33,121 nt of DNA from Octopus sinensis (lineage: Eukaryota), in the NCBI RefSeq assembly GCF_006345805.1, contig NW_021832039.1, positions 1 to 33,121 on the forward strand, read 5' to 3'. Under the pieces are notes generated by a model, which worked only from the letters and a program-made list of their open reading frames with translations, did no database searches and was not told where the DNA came from. Position 1 is the first letter of the stretch. Each line of letters starts with the position of its first letter. This document shows positions 24,522 through 33,121 of the stretch, piece by piece. The position numbers and the translations under genes are program-made.

Positions 24522-24746
24522 GGACACGCCACACAACACACACATACCAGTGAATTATACATACACACACACACACACACACACTATATATACATATATA
24601 TATATATATATAGTATATATGTATATATATTTTGTGTATATATATAATATATATATACATAGATATTTGTGTGCATATATATATATTAGTACATGTATAT
24701 GTATATATATGTGTGTGTGTGTACATATATATATGTAATTATATAA

Positions 24747-25136
24747 TCTCTATATATATAAAGCTGAAGTTGTCTGTGCATGGCAGGTTTGGTAGCCTTC
24801 AACTAACACTATCTCCACCGAGACCCTGCAGCGCAAGTTGACCAAAATTGAGAGTATGATAGAAGGTTTGCTCTTCCTTCCGTAGAAGAAAAAATTCAAA
24901 TCGGACCATGTTAACACCAAAAATTATTTACATCAAAAAGGTGCTTTTTTTCTATGAAAATCCCTATTTTTTTACGATTTAATGACTGCTGTGTCGCCAT
25001 TTTTCGGAGTATTTCAATCAGAAAAATGTTCACTTAAATAGAATAACAAGCTACATAATGCAAACTTTTTACTTTTCAAATATTCCAATTCTAAAGGGTC
25101 TAAACAAACCCGAGCAACGCCGGGCTATACTGCTAG
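24747..25136 (+). mobile_element. Non-autonomous Helitron, 390 bp
   Basis: Inserted between A24746 and T25137; 5' TC(TC)TATATATATAAAGCTG; GC-rich hairpin CCCGAGCAACGCCGGG at 25109-25124, 8 nt before the 3' CTAG; no TSD. Confidence 0.88.
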
Positions 25137-25146
25137 TATATATGTG

Positions 25147-25178
<32 letters not shown>

Positions 25179-25907
25179 TGTGTGTGTGTGTGTGAATGTG
25201 TGTGTTGTGTGTGTGTGTGTGTGTGTGCGTGTTTGTGTTGTGTGTGTGTGTATTGTGTAATTTTTAAACATAAGTGGAGAATAGTCTTATTCTATGAATT
25301 TATATGTATGAAAAGGAAAAATAGAACGATACGTTTTTTTTTTTCTCAGAATAATTGTTTCCGTATCGTAGTTCAAGTGAAAACATATTGATACACGTAT
25401 GTTTAAGGTGTGTTTGGCATATATAATCTATGTAAACATATTACATGGCAGGGCCCCAGCCTTAGGGCTGAAACATATAAAAGAATGAATATATGATAAA
25501 AGTGAACTGGATGGAAGAGAACAAGGAGAAATAGGGAGTCAGGTGTTGCTTCGAGTCATTTCTATAGAAAAAAGTTTTAGGTTACATTTTTTTTAGTTTT
25601 GCAGATAAAAGGCATTTTTTTCTTGTTTTTGTGGGAGTTTTTTCTTTGTAGTTTAGGAAAAAAAGTCATATTTAACTGACCTGGATCCAGTCTCTCTGAT
25701 TTCAGCTCCCCAAAGTTACAAAATTTTTCCATATTTTTTCCTCATTTAAAACCATGTGCGGTTTAATGACTAAATAGGTTTAATGACTAAATAGGCATAG
25801 CGCCTACGACATTTCCTAAAAAAGGAACGCACACAGACATACAAACACACGTATAATATATACATATATATATATATACATAAATACATACATACGTATA
25901 TACATAC

Positions 25908-26712
25908 ATAACCCACAGTATGGTAGAAGCCATAGCCACTCATAATAAAAGGGTGTGCTGGTGGAATGTCCCAGTGAGAAACCTCAATATCAACCGACCT
26001 GAGATAAGAATTTGGGATACAGAAGAAAAACTGTGTACAGTCGTGGAAATTAGCTGCCCAGCAGATGTTAACATAAAGCTGAAGATCAGTGAAAAAGAGA
26101 ACATCTACGATGAACTATTGAGAAATCTGCAGTTACTCTATGCAGATTACAAGTTCAGGTGTATATCTGTTATCATTTGAGCCCTGGGATATGTAACATA
26201 CCGTCTAAATATCAATCTTGAGAAATTAGGCTTTCCAAAACCAGAAAGGAGAAAGCTGATTCGAAAACTACAGATCCACTCCATCACGGGAACTGTTAAA
26301 ATCCGTAAAACTTTCCAGAAGTTTATCCTTTAAATATATATGAGCATGTCTAGGTAGGCAAATATATGCATTAGAATAGATACATAAAACAAATCTGCAC
26401 ATATATACATACATACATACATACATACATACATACATACATACATACATACGTACAAGAATATCTTGTTGATGTTGAAATTCCAAGGAATGAGCCTTGG
26501 ATGTAGGTTAGAAACCCGCTCTTACTCTATTGGCAAGAAATCTTGAAATAAAACTCAATAATGACATACGTACATGCAATCATGCATACATACAAACAAA
26601 AATACCTTGCTGTTGATGATGAAATTCCAATGAAGGAGCCTTGAATCTAGGATAGAAACCGACTCTTTCTCTATTGGCAAGAAATCTTGAAATAAAACTT
26701 GAAATAATGACA
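25908..26712 (+). mobile_element. 5'-truncated RLE-type non-LTR retrotransposon (second family): endonuclease domain 25908-26333, then 3' UTR with duplicated terminus
   Basis: WWNVPV...NINRPEIRIWDTEEKLCTVVEISCPADVNIKLKISEKENIY...II*ALGYV...GTVKIRKTF matches the RLE pattern RPDI..D......IEVSCP.D......EK...Y...IGALG. Confidence 0.88.
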
Positions 26713-27456
26713 TACATAAATGCATACATAAATGCATACATACATGCAATCATCCATACATACATACATACATAAAGGGTCCCATTTTTGCAATATAGTG
26801 AGTAGGAAAACTTCGATCATTTAAGATTACCCTTACAATTAGTGAGCACACTCACATATATCGTTTTGTGCCTGGGTGTATATGTTTATGTGTGCGTGTG
26901 TATGAGAGAGACAGAAAAGAGAGAGAGAGTGAGAGAGAGAATGTGTGTGTATACGCGAATTTACACGTATGTTTATTGTGCATGTATATGTGTATTTGAT
27001 TACAGATTTTACCTAATGTTAAAAAATATCCACTTGCGTAAAATTCACAAAAATACATACAAAACACTCTCATTCACTTAAGACGTATGTGCTTGTGTGT
27101 CTACATCTAACGAAAATAATATTGTACTCACACTTATAGATATAAATGGAAACACACACATATGTATATGAGCATGTACACACAAGTTTATATATGTGTA
27201 TATATATATATATATATGGAGAGGGGGAGAGAGATGGATAGATGATATACACATATGTATATGTATGTATACGTATATGTGCGTGTGTATATATGCTTAA
27301 CATATTTATGTTTATATATATCTAAATATAGATATATATATATATATATATATGTATGTATATATATGTATATATATGCGTTTGTTTAGATATATAGAGA
27401 GAAAGAAAGAGAGAGTAACATATATAGATAGATACATACATACATACACACACACG

Positions 27457-27488
<32 letters not shown>

Positions 27489-27589
27489 CACAATGCACGC
27501 TTATTAATGTATAAACAAAAATACATACACAGATACCTATAAATCATTTGTATATTCATGTGGTATTCGTGGTCGTTTTTCCCGATTCC

Positions 27590-27850
27590 CTCCTCTCTCT
27601 CTCTCTCTCGCTCTCTCTCTCCACTATCCCTATAAATCTCTTTCATCCTTTCTCTCTTTCTCTCATTCCTTTCTCTCTCTCCCTTTCTCTTTCCCTCTAT
27701 CCACGATGCCAATAACTCTCTTTTTCTCTCTCTCTCTTTCTCTTTCTCTCCCCTCATCTTTCTCCATCACTCTCTTTCTCTCTCTCCCTCTCCCTCTATT
27801 TCTCTCCCTCTCTCTCTCCCTCCCCCCCCCTCTCTCTCCCTCTCTCTCCT
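27590..27850. repeat. Polypyrimidine (CT)n-rich low-complexity tract
   Basis: Directly visible homopurine/homopyrimidine tract. Confidence 0.9.
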
Positions 27851-27985
27851 ATTCACCCACACAGCGAGATCCATTTCGATACATCGTTCTGATGCGAGCA
27901 ATTCAACTCAGCCCTGAACGAAATGCCGCCATGTCAGTCTAAGATTTATACACCAAACAGCAAAGTAGAATTGCGTAAAACATAC

Positions 27986-28036
27986 CTTTCAATAAAGCTG
28001 GAGGGGAAATAGTTTTAGTGAAAAGCTCTCCAGCCA
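27986..28036 (-). CDS. Candidate coding exon (51 nt, phase 1-1) encoding AGELFTKTISPPALLK
   Basis: Strong donor AAG|gtatgt at 27985; acceptor tttttgcctttgttgatgccaag|; joins in frame to the 21448 exon (G+GA=Gly). Confidence 0.4.
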
Positions 28037-28454
28037 CTTGGCATCAACAAAGGCAAAAATCACTCTTCACATAAGTGATTACGAAATAGCCTCTACACGA
28101 CAAACCAAGTTGCAAATAACACATTAACGCTGTGCTGCCGTCTATTGGACGGATAATTTCCTCCAGGGTGATAACTCTAAATTATTATTCTGAAGAAAAA
28201 AAATAAGGAAAATATTACAACAAAAAAAAAATGAGTATCAAATGAGCTGAAAGAAAAAAAAGCAAAAACATAGAAAGGCATGATTTGCTAGGTCAAAGTT
28301 TCTTTGAGAATAGAGGTTCCGAGAGAAAAGAAAAAAAAATTTCTTAAGGCTATGAAAAAAAAAAAGCAAGGGAAGATTCTAATGTGTTTGCAATAAAATT
28401 TGGAGATGTTTACAGAATGAAATGAACACACAATTTTTACTTATTTACTTTTAA

Positions 28455-28474
28455 TTATTATTATTATTATCATT

Positions 28475-28523
<49 letters not shown>

Positions 28524-28550
28524 TATTATTATTATATTATTATTATTATT

Positions 28551-28589
<39 letters not shown>

Positions 28590-28730
28590 ATTATTATTAC
28601 CACCGCCATCATTGCTACCATGATCATCATCCTCATCATCACCATTATCACTCTCACCATGATCAGGAACAGAGCGGCAGCAAGTATGAGAATCCTCATC
28701 GCCAACATTGTCATGATCGTCGTCACCTTC
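28455..28730. repeat. (TTA)n-(TTG)n array decaying into (CAT/CAC)-like degenerate trinucleotides
   Basis: Directly visible. Confidence 0.9.
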
Positions 28731-29128
28731 ATTTTTACGCTTGTTTTGCTCTATTAAAAGCATTTGCCTCTGTAGACCTTCAAGGTATATATATATATAT
28801 AAATGTTTGTGTATACATGCATACACTCACACGCATACATATATATATGTGTGTGTGAGTGTATATACATACATATATATGCATAATATGTATGTATATG
28901 TATATGTATGTATGTGTATATGTATATATGTACGTACGTAGATATATATATCTGTGTGTGTGTGTCTGTCTGTCTGTGTGTATGGTGATAGATGAGATTG
29001 AGAGCTTGTATGCTTCAATTGAGGGGCATTCCATTTAAATAGTTTTAAGTGTAAATGAAACGTGGGTCTGGAATGAAGTTGAAGGTTCTTCCCCACGTCT
29101 CCCTCTAGCTCCGAGTCTATCTATATAC

Positions 29129-29160
<32 letters not shown>

Positions 29161-29531
29161 TGATAACTGGCGAAGAATTAGGAACAACTAAACCCCACGC
29201 ATTCCCGACTTTTCTTAGCAGTAAGTTTGTGTATATATATCTGTGTGTGTGTGTGTGTATGCGCGCGTGTGTGTATATACACACACACACATACATACAT
29301 ATGTATATATACATAAATACACACACACTCACACACAAACATATATTCTTGTGTTAGTGAATGTGAATGCGCATCTCTATTAATGCGCGCGCGCGAGTGT
29401 GTGTGTGTGTGTACTTGTGAGAATATGCTTATGTATTTTGAGCGTGATTGTGTGTCTGTGTGTGCAAAAGGGGTGGAGATAGGGAGTGGAGAAAGAAAGG
29501 AGTGAGGCATGGGACGGAGGAAGGGAGAGGG

Positions 29532-29568
<37 letters not shown>

Positions 29569-29641
29569 AATGAGTCCCTCATTTCTGAGGTAATCAACCC
29601 AGCGAGAGGGCGAGAATTTTGTGAAGTTATTGTCCAACACA

Positions 29642-29790
29642 ACTACTACTAGCACTACTACTACTAGCACTACTACTACTAGCACTACTACTACTAGCAC
29701 TACTACTACTAGCACCACCATCACCACCACCGCTACCACTTCTACCACCACCACAGCCACTACTATTACTACAACTACTACTAATTGTTG
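29642..29790. repeat. 15-bp higher-order repeat (ACTACTACTACTAGC)x about 5 within an (ACT/ACC)n tract
   Basis: Directly visible. Confidence 0.9.
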
Positions 29791-30714
29791 TAATTACTTT
29801 TTTCGAAGACTCCAGGCAAATATTCGAGCTTGACACTGCAAACCATCCATATACTATGGACAAATTACGCAGCGCTCCACTACATGTAGTAGGGAACTGT
29901 GCCTCCACAATATAGTATGAGGCAGAGTTTCTTGCTGTATATAGGCCCTTTCTTATGTATTAGAAACCCGGCACCGCTTTATGTAACGTGTACTTTTTTT
30001 ACGAAAATGATTAGAGTGTGATTTGAGGAAGATATGGGTCCTATTACTAGCAGATCAACTGACCATGTAAAAGCTTGTTCGATGCCTGTGATGTGAATTG
30101 AAGTTCATTTCTGGATGGAGTAGACTTAGCCCTAATGCGTTTAACTCCTGAGAAAGTGAAGGTGTAGTAACAACAGTTGAGTCGTTAGATCAAAGGTACA
30201 ATTATTTTAATTATTTTTTTACTGCTTCGCAAACTGTTCAAATGAGGCAGTTATGGGCAAACTGCGGCCCACCAGACTATCTGAATGGCACGGCTCACGA
30301 AAAACTACCTTAAATCATTTTTAGTAGTGTGGCTCGCTTGATGATGAGACACTGGAATAAAGTGACACTATAGGCGGGGTTGGAGAATTATATCTAATCC
30401 AGGTACAGCATTTATAACGTAAATAACATTTTGAAACAAGAACTATTAAAATACGAATAAATCGTTGCGCAGTCAGTGAGAAGAAATATGACTTATAATG
30501 TGCCAACACCCTATGAAATTGCTTTGCCAAAGTACCTCACGAGTGTTAGTAGTTTCACTATAAATTCAGCATTAATACCAGCTAGTAGGGGCCACGGAAT
30601 TGTATTCGTTATACACAGGATTCCCAACCATCGGGCCTCGATTCTGTAACAAGCCATAGATCTTATCGTAATCTAAAGGGTACTTTTACAGTATTATATA
30701 TGTAATATTACTTT

Positions 30715-31530
<816 letters not shown>

Positions 31531-31574
31531 TGGCATAACGCATCACCTTTCACTATTATGTCTTCTGGCCCAAG

Positions 31575-31645
31575 ATTTGCTTTGTGCTTAAGAGGCTCGC
31601 TTTTTAACCACGTGGTCTCGGGTTCAGTCCCGTTGCGCGGCACAT
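31575..31645 (+). mobile_element. SINE family A-like head fragment
   Basis: GCTCGCTTTTTAACCACGTGGTCTCGGGTTCAGTCCCGTTGCGCGGCAC aligns with the family A head. Confidence 0.6.
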
Positions 31646-31782
31646 GATATACCTGTATCTAGATATGCTCACACATGCACAAACACAAACACACACACAC
31701 ACACACCTACATTTATAGAGACGCTCCAAACGCAGACGTGCATTCGCACACAGAAAAGCATAACGTCTATAAATATGTATAT

Positions 31783-31819
<37 letters not shown>

Positions 31820-32255
31820 AACATGTGTTATACACTTTATTGTGTTTTGTTCTGCGCATGGTCCCTCGTCGGTCCGTGAAGAACATCGTCTTGCATGAAA
31901 GCAGTCAGTCCATGGAGCAAAACAAAAAAATGTTGGGGACGGCCGTGTTTTGAGATTGCAAGTGTGCATGTTGCTACATGTACAATTGCTGAGCGTTTTG
32001 TGAACCATTTCCATTAATACGCGAAGTACACATGTAGAGGTGTAGGTCGACGCCGTCATCGTCATCGTCATCGTCATCATCATCATCATCATCATCATGA
32101 CAATTACCATGATCATGAACATCATTGTCATTCTTCAACGTCACTATCAATATTTTATTCCACTTCCTAATTAGCAGCACCGTGAGGCCAACCACTCTTG
32201 TATTCATCTCAACCCAAGCCGTCGTTTCCATGACCAGCATGATTTATCACAGGTA

Positions 32256-32257
<2 letters not shown>

Positions 32258-32296
<39 letters not shown>

Positions 32297-32304
32297 GCGC
32301 GCGC

Positions 32305-32395
<91 letters not shown>

Positions 32396-32424
32396 TGTGT
32401 GTGTGTATGCGTGTGTGCGCGCGC
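32258..32424. repeat. (GT)n tract with (GC)n inserts
   Basis: Directly visible near-continuous purine-pyrimidine alternation. Confidence 0.95.
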
Positions 32425-32693
32425 AAGCGAGTGAGCGCATGTACAGTGTTCGGTGGTGCGAAATTGAACTGGACACAAACTGAAAACAAGGGGTCACGTA
32501 TCGGTATCGATTTACGCTGACTGTCAACACATACACACACACACACACATACACAGCACACACATACACAACACACGCATACACACACTGCTTATGTACA
32601 CGTACACATAAATATACGTACGTACATACCACATACATACATACATACATACATACATACATACATACATACATCCATACATACATACATACA

Positions 32694-32727
<34 letters not shown>

Positions 32728-32864
32728 CATTCATACATACACACATACATACATGCATACATACATACATACATACATGCATACATATGGTTATAATGCT
32801 TTATCATAACAATATAAAACCCAGTTATTTTACAGAACCCGATTTAAAAAAAGGAATTTCACCA

Positions 32865-33121
32865 TAGGAGTGGCTGTGTGGTAAGTAGCTTGCTTACCAA
32901 CCACATGATTCCGTGTTCAGTCCCACTGCGTTGCACCTTGGGAAAGTTCCTTCTGCTATAGCCTCGGGCTGATCAAAGCCTTATGAGTGGATTTGGTAGA
33001 CGGAAACTGAAAGAAGCCCGTCATATATGTATATATACGTGTATGTCTGTGTTTATGTTTATTTGTTTGTGTTTGTTCCCCCAACATTGCTTGACAACCG
33101 ATGTTGATGTGTTTACGTCTC
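32865..33121 (+). mobile_element. SINE family A (copy 6), runs off the window end
   Basis: GGAGTGGCTGTGTGGTAAGTAGCTTGCTTACCAACCACATG...GTTCAGTCCCACTGCG...GACGGAAACTGAAAGAAGCCCGTC. Confidence 0.93.

Noticed and set aside
25445-25480. CAGCCTTAGGGCTGAAAC hairpin plus GAAAC resembling a hammerhead
   Set aside because: No CUGANGA core upstream; it matches the SINE 3'-end motif CATGGCC-CAG...CTGAAAC (also at 10848-10872).
26457-26712. Repeats with spacers superficially like a CRISPR array (also 24301-24521)
   Set aside because: Only two long imperfect units separated by microsatellite, in a eukaryotic context with no cas genes.
28518-28826. Acidic ORF (…NEGDDDHDNVGDEDS…NNNN)
   Set aside because: Decayed GAT/AAT trinucleotide array with no supporting splice sites; starts in a microsatellite.
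29621-29833. Mucin-like TTTTS ORF
   Set aside because: Translation of an (ACT)n higher-order repeat; no signal peptide or exon boundaries.
30245-30300. GGGCAAACTGCGGCCC hAT-like terminus
   Set aside because: Only one degenerate end is visible; no matching TIR or TSD identified.
32175-32252. Plus-strand 78-nt exon-like segment (ttcctaattag|...CAG|gtattt)
   Set aside because: Two frames open but no recognisable protein, moderate splice sites and no phase link to other candidates; consistent with chance.

Overview
Eukaryotic, AT-rich, microsatellite-saturated sequence. Its repeat families (tRNA-derived SINEs with an internal microsatellite, RTE, R4/Dong-like and Penelope-like relics) resemble what I recall from octopus/coleoid cephalopod genomes; that assignment is inference, not a database result. 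Almost all ORFs in the supplied track are translations of simple repeats. No prokaryotic genes, CRISPR array, rRNA or true tRNA gene is supported. Most of the window is probably intron of an unidentified minus-strand gene with small phase-compatible candidate exons at 28036-27986, 21448-21361, 8243-8220 (24-nt microexon) and 4207-4147. Transposon content: at least 6 copies of SINE family A, several of SINE family B, Penelope-like fragments (GIY-YIG, RT, terminal repeats), two different RLE-endonuclease non-LTR fragments, RTE fragments, a hAT MITE with an 8-bp TSD and a complete non-autonomous Helitron. The most notable signals are a complete hammerhead ribozyme core in a Penelope 3' region (about 6595-6694), a second minimal hammerhead-like family with U at core position 6 in all three copies, the candidate microexon, an inverted-repeat cluster able to form long dsRNA (16.1-17.5 kb) and an RLE retrotransposon flanked by (TACA)n.
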